64,000 nt of DNA from Flectonema sp. DT1601 (Eukaryota): contig OZ025806.1 in assembly GCA_964019425.1 (NCBI GenBank), positions 558,001 to 622,000 of the forward strand. Direction: 5' to 3'. Made by a program: the position numbers and the translations under genes. The notes under the pieces are model-generated. The model had not been told where the DNA came from. It made no database searches and saw only the letters and a program-made list of their open reading frames with translations. Each line of letters begins with the position of its first letter. The stretch's first letter is position 1. Shown here piece by piece: positions 33,475-45,120 of the stretch.

Positions 33475-36400
33475 GGAGAATTCTCCGTTGCCTACATAAA
33501 AAAAAGTTTTTTCTCCGTTGCCTGTCACCTTAACTTTTTTTTCTCCGTTGCCTGCACCCAAAAAGTTTTTTCGCTGTTGTGAACAACTCTTTTTTTTTTT
33601 TCTCTGTTGGGTACCAGCACTTTTTTTTTTTCTCTAAAAAAAAATTTTTTTTCTGGAAAAAAAAAAAAAAAAAAAAAAAAAGAAAAAAGAAATAAGAAAA
33701 AAAATCAGAGGTAGAATCTTCATATCTTCTCACATTCTTGACAGTGTTTCCTTGTTAGACGAAAAGTTTTATAAAGCAAGAATAGAAAACACTATAAATG
33801 AATCAGATGATGACCTTGCATCGAAAAATATTAAAGCTCATCAGATGATGAACTTGAATCACACTTCTTTCTCTTTCCGGATATCCGGTTTCTCCTAATC
33901 GATGTATCGACAGTCTTCTTGGGGGCCGACTTCTTCGCTGATTTCTTGGGGGCCGACTTCTTGGGGGCCGATTTCTTAGGGGCTGACTTCTTCGGGGCCG
34001 ACTTCTCGTGTAAGGGGTTTTTACACGTAGTCTTATTGTGGCCCACCTTACCACAACGACTACACAAGTTCTTTCCCTCCCCTTTGGAAGGAATCCTCTT
34101 CGTGGGGGCACCCTTCGGCTTCTTCGTTGTTGGCGGTAACAGTTCAGTCTTCGCCGACTGAAACTGATACAGCCCAACTGGCCGTACTGGGTCGTCATAC
34201 GCCTTTCGTAAGGCTCCCAAACGAAAGCAGGTTGGAACGTACTGCATCTCGTTGAAACCAAGAAACCTGTTTATTTAGTCCAATAAATTCGCCACAAGTA
34301 GCGTTGACCACGACAACAAAAAGACAAAAAGAAGAAGTACCTGATAGCCGCACAGGTATGAACGCATGGCAAGGCAGTCTGCTCTGGGAGCAAACAGGTG
34401 CAAGCCATTTCTTTACCCACCAGCTTGACCAACTCCTGCCTCTGTCCATGTACAACGTTCGCTGTTTGTTGTTATTATCCCTGCAGATGATTCTACAAGC
34501 CCCGAGAAAGATACCATACCTTCAAACACTTCGCCTTCGTGCATCACTGGTTCAACAGTGAACACTGCTGCTTCAACGGCAGCCGTCTCCACGATCTCTC
34601 GCACCCACCCCAAAACCATCTCGTCATCACCCTCTGCATCGTGCGCACTACGCCGTCGCTCGTAGTGCCACTTCTGCACAATGCTGACAATGCTGTTAAG
34701 CATCCCCAACACATTCTTGTCCCTGGCTGAAGAGATAACATTGTTAAACCCTTCAGCCAGGTTGTTCGTACTTTGATTGTACGTCCTAGAGCGGATTGCA
34801 CCGCGAGCCCAAGTCTCAGGCTCCTTTTCATCCAGGTATTCGTGGAGTACTTCAAGCTCGTTCTCCTCCGCAGACTCACCAAGAGCATCAAACATGGGTA
34901 GGAACCTGTATGAAGGTGCCGTACACAGATGTTTGAACCTACCAAACATCTCCTTGCTGAACTTGGCCTTGATGTTTCGACCCATGTGTTGTGTGCATTT
35001 GAGGGCAATCACATCGTTGTAATCCCCACGAAGCACCGACAGTAGGCCCTTGTCCTGATCGGCCATAAGGCCAAACCCTTCGCCCAAAAACTCCGGAACC
35101 TTCACCGCCGACTCCAGCTTCCCAAGGAAGTACTTCCACCCTTCGGCGTCTTCATTGCCTATCAAGGCGAAACCCACAGGGAATTGACTTCCCAGTGGGT
35201 CCATTGCAACAAATGTAAGCAATGTCCCCAAGTAATGTGCTCGTAAGAAGCACCCATCAACAACCCCAAATCCCCCCGGACATGCACCTACACCCTCCAG
35301 CGATGCCCCCAAAGCAAGGAAAAAGGACTTAAACCTTCCACCCTCTTCTTTTATGTCCCACTGGGTACCGGGGTTTTGTTCCGCCAGTGAGGTGAACCAG
35401 GCCTGTAACCAGGCAAATCCCTCATGGGGGTCACCATTGATCTCTTTATCGGCCTCTCCGAGGGCCCGGTATACAGTATCCTTCCCTACTGTTATGCCGC
35501 AAGACTTTAAGTCTTGTACAAGGTGGGACTTTTTATATTTTGTACCCAACTCCTTGTATTTTGCCAGGGAAAGGTAGGCTATTGTGGTCTTGAGCCCGTA
35601 CACCCTCCCCTCCCCAGGGTTGCAAGCGTCCGTATGCCGCAGCTGTGACACCGTCACAGTTCTCTCTTCACAACTCCCTGTAGCGCACACCCTCCACTCA
35701 CATGAGTCGGATGTGCAATGGAACGATATCCGGTTCTCACGCTTTTGTCTGCTAAACCTCCTTCCAGTGGAGCAGCAGGCGAGGGTGACGCTTGCCAGGA
35801 GTGCACTCTCGCTAGGGAAGACACGTCCCAGGGTTGGTGTCGGAACATTGAACACCGGCACGTTTATGGTCGGGACAGGTGTAACAGTATCCTCAGATGC
35901 GATCACAGGTGCAGTCTGCGGGGAGTCCATGTTTCCAGGCATTTGGTAGTAGGTAGGTAGGTAGGTAGGTGTTGAGTAGTTATTATCTGGAAACGTAGAG
36001 TAAAAAAACAAACAAACTATCAAGGGGACCTAGGTCCAGAACAGCAAGAAAAAAATGAGAATCCCTAAAACCACTACCAAAATTTATTTTCAGCCACAAA
36101 GTTTCCATGAACACCCTCTCACCTTAAGCGCACACGGATGTTGAGATAACGTTTGTACGATGTTCATCTGGCTTGACGAGATTAGCAAAGACAAGTACTC
36201 ACGGAAAGGTTGGGTTGTTCGTCAGGTCTTGATAGTGTTCTCAGCCTCTGGGAGTTTTACTACAAGTGCATGCAAAGAACGGTATGTGTGCAGGGCTGGG
36301 TCACCTTACAGAGAACTGTTGTCCTCTTACACGTCATTCCAACCGAATTTCAAGGCCAAGACACCTGCGAGTTACAGACAGCCTGGTCGCAAGCGACACT

Positions 36401-36689
36401 CCTGTTTCTGACCGGGTTATCAGGGTATCTAACTCATGCAAGCATGAGAGCTTTTTTAAGGCTACCTTAAATTATCAAGAGCGCAGTACTGCCCGAAGGG
36501 TTCCCGCGTGTCAAGATGCATTTGCGTGTACTGAGCAGAAGTTCCAGAAGGAAGATTACTTTTATCATTTCCCAAGTCATCACATCCTTAACCGTTTGTG
36601 TTATTAGCTTTCAATCAATCCATCAGATGAGTGTATGGTATCTAACTAACTAACCAGGTAGACAGGTGCACAAAAAAAAAAAAAAAGGG

Positions 36690-36728
<39 letters not shown>

Positions 36729-36981
36729 AAAAGGGAAAAAAGGTCAAGTGACACACAACAGAGAAAAATAAATATAGGTGGCACACAACAGCGAAAAATA
36801 AATATAGGTGGCACACAACAGCGAAAAATAAATATAGGTGGCACACAACAGCGAAAAAAAAGTTTAGGTGGCACACAACAGCGAAAAAAAAAAAGAAAAA
36901 AAAACACAACGGAGAAAAATTCTTTTAGGTGGACTACAACGGAGAAAAATAAAGTTTTGGGGTAGCAACGGAGAATTTTCC
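33475..36981 (-). mobile_element. Autonomous-looking Mutator/MuDR transposon
   Basis: TIR GGAGAATTCTCCGTTGC / GCAACGGAGAATTTTCC. 9-bp TSD TTTTATTTA at 33466-33474 and 36982-36990. 30-bp subterminal repeats at ~36750-36885. Confidence 0.93.
33831..35942 (-). CDS. MULE transposase, ~659 aa, 3 exons (35942-34520, 34461-34341, 34266-33831)
   Basis: DDE motifs VDGCFL, ADQDKGL, CTQH and NLAEGFN. After splicing introns 34519-34462 and 34340-34267 the SWIM finger CTC..LPCVH and the knuckle CSRCGKVGHNKTTC fall in frame. Confidence 0.9.
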
Positions 36982-38566
36982 TTTTATTTATTTTTTAAAG
37001 AAAAAAAAACGGAAAATAGAAATTAGTCAACAAAGTCGAACGATAAAAAAAAACAATGATAACATTGTTTATTCTTTTTTTTTATTTTTTTTTTTTAATA
37101 TTTTTTTTTATTTTGAAAAAAAAACAATCAGTTTAGCGTCTTGACCAGGACGGAAAATAGAAAGTAATCGACATAGTCGATCGATAAAAAAAACAATGAT
37201 AACATTGTTTATTCTTTTTTTTTTTTTTTTTTTTTTTTTAAATTCTTTTTATTTATTTTTTAAAGAAAAAAAAAACGGAAAATAGAAATTAGTCAACAAA
37301 GTCGAACGATAAAAAAAAAAAAAAAAAAAAAACAATGATAACATTGTTTATTCTTTTTTTTTATTTTTTTTTTTTAATATTTTTTTTTATTTTGAAAAAA
37401 AAACAATCAGTTTAGCGTCTTGACCAGGACGGAAAATAGAAAGTAATCGACATAGTCGATCGATAAAAAAAACAATGATAACATTGTTTATTCTTTTTTT
37501 TTTTTTTTTTTTTTTTTTAAATTCTTTTTATTTATTTTTTAAAGAAAAAAAAAACGGAAAATAGAAATTAGTCAACAAAGTCGAACGATAAAAAAAAAAA
37601 AAAAAAAAAAACAATGATAACATTGTTTATTCTTTTTTTTTATTTTTTTTTTTTAATATTTTTTTTTTATTTTGAAAAAAAAAAAACAATCAGTTTAGCG
37701 TCTTGACCAGGACGGAAAATAGAAAGTAATCGACATAGTCGATCGATAAAAAAAAACAATGATAACATTGTTTATTCTTTTTTTTTTGTATTTTTTTTAT
37801 ATTCTTTTTTATTAATTTTGAAAAAAAAAACAATCAGTTTAGCGTCTTGACCAGGACGGAAAATAGAAAGTGATCGACATAGTCGATCGATAAAAAAACA
37901 ATGATAACATTGTTTATTCTTTTTTTTATTTTAAATTCTTTTTATTTATTTTTTAAAGAAAAAAAAAAAAACGGAAAATAGAAATTAGTCGACAAAGTCG
38001 AACGATAAAAAAAACAATGATAACATTGTTTATTCTTTTTTTTGTATTTTTTTATATTCTTTTTTATTAATTTTGAAAAAAAAAAAACAATCAGTTTAGC
38101 GTCTTGACCAGGACGGAAAATAGAAAGTGATCGACATAGTCGATCGATAAAAAAAACAATGATAACATTGTTTATTCTTTTTTTTTATTTTAAATTCTTT
38201 TTATTTATTCTTTAAAGAAAAGAAACGGAAAATAGAAATTAGTCGACAAAGTCGAACGATAAAAAAAAACAATGATAACATTGTTTTTCCTTTTTTTTTT
38301 TTTTTTTTATATTCTTTTTTATTAATTTTGAAAAAAAAAAACAATCAGTTTAGCGTCTTGACCAGGACGGAAAATAGAAAGTGATCGACATAGTCGATCG
38401 ATAAAAAAACAATGATAACATTGTTTATTCTTTTTTTTTATTTTAAATTCTTTTTATTTATTCTTTAAAGAAAAGAAACGGAAAATAGAAATTAGTCGAC
38501 AAAGTCGAACGATAAAGAAAAAACAATGATAACATTGTTTATTCTTTTTTTTTTTTTTTTTTTATA

Positions 38567-38775
38567 TAAGACATCTAAACTGCAGCCCAGCTTATGCCCA
38601 ATGCACTAACAGGTCATTCCCTCACACTCAGATCAAAAAATCAAAGTTCAGAGTGCATCTTAGCATGAATGAGAGAATTTCTCATCGCTTTTTTTGAACA
38701 AAAGGGATAGAAGAGGGGATAGAAAACGAACATAACAATAAAATTCTAAGTGAGAAACACTTAGCAGAAACACTT
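38567..38775 (-). repeat. Family C internal fragment
   Basis: Matches ~54053-54261. Confidence 0.85.
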
Positions 38776-38784
38776 CCAACGATT

Positions 38785-38821
38785 CCAACGATTCTAAAGC
38801 TACAGTTTCTGTACTTTATTG
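38785..38821 (+). other. Spliced-leader (mini-exon) sequence, diplonemid type, fused to a 5' UTR
   Basis: CCAACGATTCTAAAGCTACAGTTTCTGTACTTTATTG matches the euglenozoan SL core ACAGTTTCTGTACT.TATTG. It is followed by CAAA rather than the GT of an SL-RNA gene. Confidence 0.9.
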
Positions 38822-40113
38822 CAAATTTTGCTCTTCTTTCTGTTTATATTAAAACAAAAGAATGTCTACACCACCAATTGTGGAAATTCCGCATGTAGAA
38901 TCTGAGATGGATTTAGATTCAATTCTGTTTGAGGATTTGAGGACGGTGAGAGCACAATCACCACGTGCCACCATCGGGGAAGCAGGGACGTTTTGGGATC
39001 CCCAATCCAAAATGTCCGAAGAAATGATGAAGAACAATTCGTTGGCCTTGATTGGAAGAGAAGCAGTATATTGTATGAGGAAGGAAGGGGAATCAAGTTG
39101 GAATTGGTATTGTGGCTTATTGTCAATGGTGGGTAATATGGGGAGGGTAACCTTGTCAAATTCGACAAGTCTTTTAAGGGGTGTGTATCGACACACGGGG
39201 CCGGACGAAACGTTCGACTTTCCACATGCGGGCTTTGAATATGCCCATGTGATAAGCAAGGATGTGTATTGGGATGAGTGGTCAAAAAGGTTAGTTCTAG
39301 AAAATGAACAAAAGATGTTAGGCATGTGCCAAAAGGTAACTAATTTGGAATCGCAGGTGGCGTCATTGTTATCGCCACAGATGCATGGTGCGCAACCCCA
39401 GCCACAGGTGCATGGTGCGCAACCTCAGCCACAGATGCATGGTGCGCAACCCCAGCCACAGATGCATGGTGCGCAACCCCAGCCACAAATACAACAAGAG
39501 AGTAGTATGATGCAACAAATGATGGCACTATTATCGCAAAATCAACAATTATGTCAGATGCAGATACAACAAACAAACGAATTGTTAAAAAACAAGGGCG
39601 GCGTAAAATGCCAATTGTCACCGGAAAATGTGGATTGCATCGAATTTGAGCTGGCGTCAGAAGCAACGAATGTGTTGCAGTGGCGCAATATACTGATACA
39701 AGGAGGGGCGGAAAGATTACTCGATAAGTTGGAGAATAAATATTGGTTACCACATAGTGGCAAAGTAGCAACCCGTGAACTGAGAGAGTTAAGGGGAGCA
39801 TTTGAAGTAGTGCGAGACAACATCAAAGCCATGAGCGTATCAACTATAGACTGGGTCACTTCAAAGCCCCTTGTCAGGAGCATGAACAAGTCGCTAGAGA
39901 ACTTGATCATGAAGTGGCAGCTGAATTTCGATAAAGTGGGAAGTAACGGACTGGGAGCTTTTGGCTCCTGCCCTATTCCCGATGTAAACTTTCTTTTTAT
40001 TTTTATTTTTTTTAACAGGCCCAAAGGGCGACAATGATGGTTGCTGACCAAGGAATAATATTCAAATGAATTTTCGTTTCAAAGAAACGAACAGAATTAA
40101 GAGAGAGGCAGAG

Positions 40114-40144
<31 letters not shown>

Positions 40145-40235
40145 GAGAAAAAAAAATGAAGAGGAAATAATCAAACATGAAAAAAAAAAAAAAAAAAAAA
40201 TATATATATAAATAAAAAACGTTGTATGAAAAAGG

Positions 40236-40285
<50 letters not shown>

Positions 40286-40503
40286 CCAGAAAAGGAAAGA
40301 GAAAATGAAAAGGTATAATATTATTGTGGGGATATGAGGGATAGCAGGGAGATGCTCTTTTTTTTTTTTTTTTTTTTTTTTTTCTTATTTATTATTTAAA
40401 AAAAGGAAACAATCAGTTTAGCGTCTCGATCAGGACGGAAAATAGAAATTAATCGACATAGTTGATCGATAGAAAAAAAAACAATGATAACATTGTTTAT
40501 TCA

Positions 40504-40535
<32 letters not shown>

Positions 40536-40797
40536 ATTTTAAAGAAAAAACAATCAGTTTAGCGTCTTGACCAGGACGGAAAATAATAAGTAATCGACAT
40601 AGTCGATCGATAAAAAAAAAACAATGATAACATTGTTTATTCCTTTTTTTTTTTTTTTTTTATTCTTTTTATTTATTTTTAAAGAAAAAACAATCAGTTT
40701 AGCGTCCTGACCAGGACGGAAAATAGAAAGTAATCGACATAGTCGATCGATAAAAGAAACAATGATAACATTGTTTATTCTTTTTTTTTTTTTTTAT

Positions 40798-41558
40798 CAT
40801 AGATGGAAGTGCCCTACAATTTGGAGGGCGTGTAGGGCGCTTTTAATATAAATATTATTTTGGAGGGCGCTTTTTTTTACCTTTTTTATTACTATAAGAC
40901 AGCTAAATTGACGTCGACTTACACTGACGCACAAGTATTTTGACGCAGAAGCCAAAAATTTTTTTGACATGCTTGGCAGTCTTTCGAAAAAGAGAAAAAA
41001 GGGTGTCACGGGGTTCGAACCCGAGACCTCCAGGTCATGGTTCGGAGGTCAACAATGGCAAAAACAATGGGCCACTCCTTGAGAGCTTCCGGAGCCTAGT
41101 GCAATCCCTGAAGCTGAAACTCATTTCAGTGGACGATGCATCCCAGATCTACAAGGAGCTGATTAGCCCGCAGAATGCACCGAGTCGAATATAGAGGGAT
41201 TCGAGGAGGGAGAGAGTGCGTTCTTGCTAGCCTGTTAATAGGTCGGTCTTCACGGTACCTTGTGAGAAAAAAAAAGAAGTTTACTGGTGGCAAGTAAACT
41301 GATATCCCAGAGACGCATTTGATCGGGCGAACCGGAGAAAAGTCAAATAAGATGCGATTCGACCCTCGCTGAGGGCAGGGGTGTGTCAAAATGAGCTCGG
41401 CATTATATTAAATTTAATTAAAAAAGCGCCCTACGCGCCCTCCAGCGCCCTATTTTGGCCCTATTTTGGCCCTACAATGGCACTATTTTGGCCCTACAAA
41501 TTTTTGTGGCTGATTTTCACCAGGCGCCCTCCAAATTTGGAGGGCACTTCCATCTATG
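40798..41558. mobile_element. 761-bp non-autonomous TIR element, 6-bp TSD, superfamily uncertain
   Basis: TIR CATAGATGGAAGTGCCCT.CAA.TTTGGAGGGCG. TTTTAT is duplicated relative to empty array monomers. A tRNA-like A/B box lies on the minus strand at ~41002-41078. Confidence 0.85.
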
Positions 41559-42095
41559 TTTTATTTTAATTCTTTTTATTTATTTTTAAAAAGAAAAAAA
41601 TGGGAAATAGAAATTAGTCAACAAAGTCGAACGATAAAAAAAAACAATGATAACATTGTTTATTCTTTTTTTTTTTATTTTTTTTATATTCTTTTTTATT
41701 AATTTTGAAAAAAAAAACAATCAGTTTAGCGTCTTGACCAGGACGGAAAATAGAAAGTGATCGACATAGTCGATCGATAAAAAAAGCAATGATAACATTG
41801 TTTATTCTTTTTTTTTTTTTTTTTTTTTAAATTCTTTTTATTTATTTTTTAAAGAAAAAAAAACGGAAAATAGAAATTAGTCAACAAAGTCGAACGATAA
41901 AAAAAAACAATGATAACATTGTTTATTCTTTTTTTTTATTTTTTTTTTTTAATATTTTTTTTTTATTTTGAAAAAAAAAAACAATCAGTTTAGCGTCTTG
42001 ACCAGGACGGAAAATAGAAAGTAATCGACATAGTCGATCGATAAAAAAACAATGATAACATTGTTTATTCTTTTTTTTGTATTTTTTTATATTCT

Positions 42096-42926
42096 GGATA
42101 GGAGATTTGGGAGAGGAATAGGGGCAGTGAACTTTTGGTTCAGGCCCTTCCCATCGAACAGGACGAAGACTTCTAAAACCTGAGATGAACCAATTGAGTT
42201 GAAACAAACAAATAACAGAGACGCAACACATACCGGAACATCATCGCAAGCAATGCTTCGGACCTCCGTCGACCTTCGTTCTTCCGGCGGCAAAGGGAAA
42301 CAAGAAAGAACGGGCAATGAGACAAACCTGTTAGTTGGTGTTGTGTTGTTGTTAAAAACAAAAACATAAACGCCAGGAAGTTCGACAACGAAGACATCGA
42401 CATCGATCGCTGCTCTGCAGATGTCCGGCGGGTGTTTGTCTACACTGTGTTTATTGTTTGTTTTTTTCCCAAGGTTCAACCTTGGGAAGAGAAGTAAAAA
42501 ATTCCGTCAATGTTGGCCTTCCTGTTCGAAGGTGCGCACCAATGACGATAAATAGAGTGGGGGGAGAAAACCTTTGATCCAACTGGATCCCTTCACGAGC
42601 TGACATTGCCATGTGAAGTTAAATATTCTGGCGATGCCAGCTCAGGCGACTTAGCCTGCTTTTTTCTTTAAATAAAAAAAATAAAAAGATACCAACAGGT
42701 GGGGTGATGGGTTGCGCCACTGCAATCCAGTCACAAAAAGAAACAAAGGTAATCTCAAGGGTTCTCGACCCTTGGCTCTCCCTGCGCAAGCATCGCATGG
42801 AGGGTGACGCTAAGCACCCGGGGGGTACGAAACAAACTTTCCCCCTGCTGTCCTGTTTGAAATAAAAAAAAAAACAAAGGGATAGAAGTAAACAGAATAC
42901 GTTACACCTCAACAGGTGACGCTAAA
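42096..42926 (-). repeat. Family D element with the conserved terminal stem-loop
   Basis: Stem-loop at 42122-42148. A second copy is split at 47818-47941 and 58534-59160. Confidence 0.85.
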
Positions 42927-43625
42927 TTTTTATTAATTTTGAAAAAAAAACAATCAGTTTAGCGTCTTGACCAGGACGGAAAATAGAAAGTGATCGACAT
43001 AGTCGATCGGTAAAAAAACAATGATAACATTGTTTATTCTTTTTTTTTTTTTTTTTTTTTTAATATTTTTTTTTATTTTGAAAAAAAAAAAACAATCAGT
43101 TTAGCGTCTTGACCAGGACGGAAAATAGAAAGTAATCGACATAGTCGATCGATAAAAAAAAACAATGATAACATTGTTTATTCTTTTTTTTTATTTTAAA
43201 TTCTTTTTATTTATTTTTTAAAGAAAAGAAACAGAAAATAGAAATTAGTCGACAAAGTCGAACGATAAAAAAAAAACAATGATAACATTGTTTATTCTTT
43301 TTTTTTTGTATTTTTTTTAATATTCTTTTTTATTAATTTTGAAAAAAAAAACAATCAGTTTAGCGTCTTGACCAGGACGGAAAATAGAAAGTGATCGACA
43401 TAGTCGATCGATAAAAAAACAATGATAACATACCACTAAGAGAATAAGCTCAGATGATATCGAGCGCTTAGTGAAGTCTGGAAAGACGTTTGATAAAGCA
43501 GTGAGGCTAGCCGAGTTAGATGCAGAGAAAAAGCTGAAGAACGAGTGGAATGGGAAAGGGGATAAGGGGAGAGGAAGTTGGAATCCGCAGAATAAATTTA
43601 AGAGCAGTTATTCAAAGGGATTTTC

Positions 43626-44539
43626 GGGAAACGTTGGGGGGGCTGGCAAAGGTCAAAAGTGAACCGAGGCCAGCCCCGAGTAAAGCGGTGTTTAGTCCGC
43701 GTTGGTCCAGCAAGTTTTCAGAATTTCCATGGTATCAAAGGTTCAGGAAAGGTTTCCCTAGGAAAGTCGGTGTCAGAAGGGTCGACCCTTATTCCGGAAC
43801 GGATTTGGGAGATAAGGGAGAATCTCATGCAGTCGGAAGGAGCAGAGGTTTCCACATTGATTGGAAGCCTTATGAAAAACCAGATCGAGGATCAAGTAAG
43901 GAAGATTCAGCGGGTACGGAACAGAGAGTACACGTCGGATTTGACCGACTCGTTAATGGTGATGGAACAAATCGCCGGGAAGATCTGGGCGCAAAGCACA
44001 ATGAGAAGTCGACAGTGCTTGTGGGACCGTCTGCTAATTTGGGTGGAGAGAAACGATGTCCCTGTAAATCAGGATACAGTTGCGTTGTTTGTGACAGCGA
44101 CAAAGGTATCGAAGCAAGGAATGTTGGCCTACGCAAAGGCGTTCTCAGGCATGCTGAAGAGGATGGGATTGGAGAACGAGACATTGAAGCAGCTAGCGGC
44201 GGCGCTAAGGGCAGACGGCGCTGCGGTGCCGTTGGAGCAGGCGGAACCGATAAATCGTTCTGTTTTGATTGCGTGGGCAATGAAGCAAGATGTTCAGCTG
44301 AAGACGGGCTTACTGATCGCATGGAAATCGGCGGCGAGATGGGGGGAGGTATGGAAGCTGGGGAGAAGAAATTTCGTTTTCATTTCTGTGGAGGAAATAA
44401 TTGTGGATTGGTGGGATGTTCCGAAGGGACGGAGGGAAGATCCTTTCAAACCATCGAGATGGGTAGTGATAAAAGGCTTTTTGACTCCAGAGATAGCCCA
44501 GGGTTTGCTGGTTCTAGGGGACTTTGTAAGTCTGACAAA
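43626..44539 (+). pseudogene. Tyrosine recombinase of TATE/VIPER/DIRS type, 3'-truncated by family A
   Basis: SAM-like N-domain (RQCLWDRLLIW..VALFV..YAKAF), then LRADGA.VP..QAEPI and the first catalytic Arg box LLIAWKSAARWGEV. The H-x-x-R and Tyr part is missing. Confidence 0.8.
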
Positions 44540-44730
44540 GAATTCGATAGAGTGGGAAGTAACGGACTGGGAGCTTTTGGCTCCTGCCCTATTCCCGATG
44601 TAAACTTTCTTTTTATTTTTTTTTTTTTAACAGGCCCAGAGGGCGACAATGACTGTTGCTGACCAAGGAATAATATTCAAATGAATTTTCGTTTCAAAGA
44701 AACGAACAGAATTAAGAGAGAGGCAGAGAA

Positions 44731-44763
<33 letters not shown>

Positions 44764-45085
44764 AAAAAAAAAAAAAATATGAAGAGGAAATAATCAAACA
44801 TGAAAAAAATAAAAAAAAAAATAAAATATAAATAAAAAACGTTGTATGAAAAAGGAAAAAAAAGAAGAAAAAAAAAAAAGACCAGAAAAGGAAAGAGAAA
44901 ATGAAAAGGTATAATATTATTTTGGGGATATGAGGATAGCAGGGAGATGCTCTTTTTTTTTTTTTTTTTTTATTTATTATTTAAAAAAAAGGAAACAATC
45001 AGTTTAGCGTCTCGATCGGGACGGAAAATAGAAATTAATCGACATAGTCGATCGATAGAAAAAAAAACAATGATAACATTGTTTA

Positions 45086-45120
<35 letters not shown>

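Larger units (their letters stand above)
31381..38566 (-). mobile_element. Family A element with long hairpin array, hosting a MITE and a MULE
   Basis: Head at 31381. Arrays at ~32545-33474 and 36982-38566. Confidence 0.85.
39923..43430 (-). mobile_element. Family A insertion without TSD, hosting a TIR element and a family D copy
   Basis: Head at 39923. The host ORF resumes at 43431. Confidence 0.88.
38862..43662 (+). pseudogene. gag-like ORF1 (430 aa when rejoined: 38862-39922 + 43431-43662) of a TATE-like YR retroelement, split by a family A insertion
   Basis: Removing 39923-43430 joins ..MKWQ-L-TTKRISSDDIERLVKSG.. in frame (1293 nt). Four HGAQPQPQ repeats. It sits directly upstream of the YR ORF. 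The gag label is by position only. Confidence 0.75.

Noticed and set aside
38785..38860. SL RNA gene
   Set aside because: No GT donor after the exon, no tandem array, and it leads straight into a UTR and ORF.
42730..42835. Possible hammerhead ribozyme in family D (hairpins followed by GAAAC), and CTGACCA..GAAAC in the family A head
   Set aside because: No CUGANGA core in the right position and no three-stem fold I could build. HDV, twister, pistol and hairpin ribozyme patterns also did not fit the terminal stem-loop by eye.
43550..44662. 370-aa ORF overlapping the YR frame
   Set aside because: No recognisable motifs. It is likely a shadow of purine-rich codon usage, though overlapping ORFs do occur in YR elements, so it is not fully excluded.
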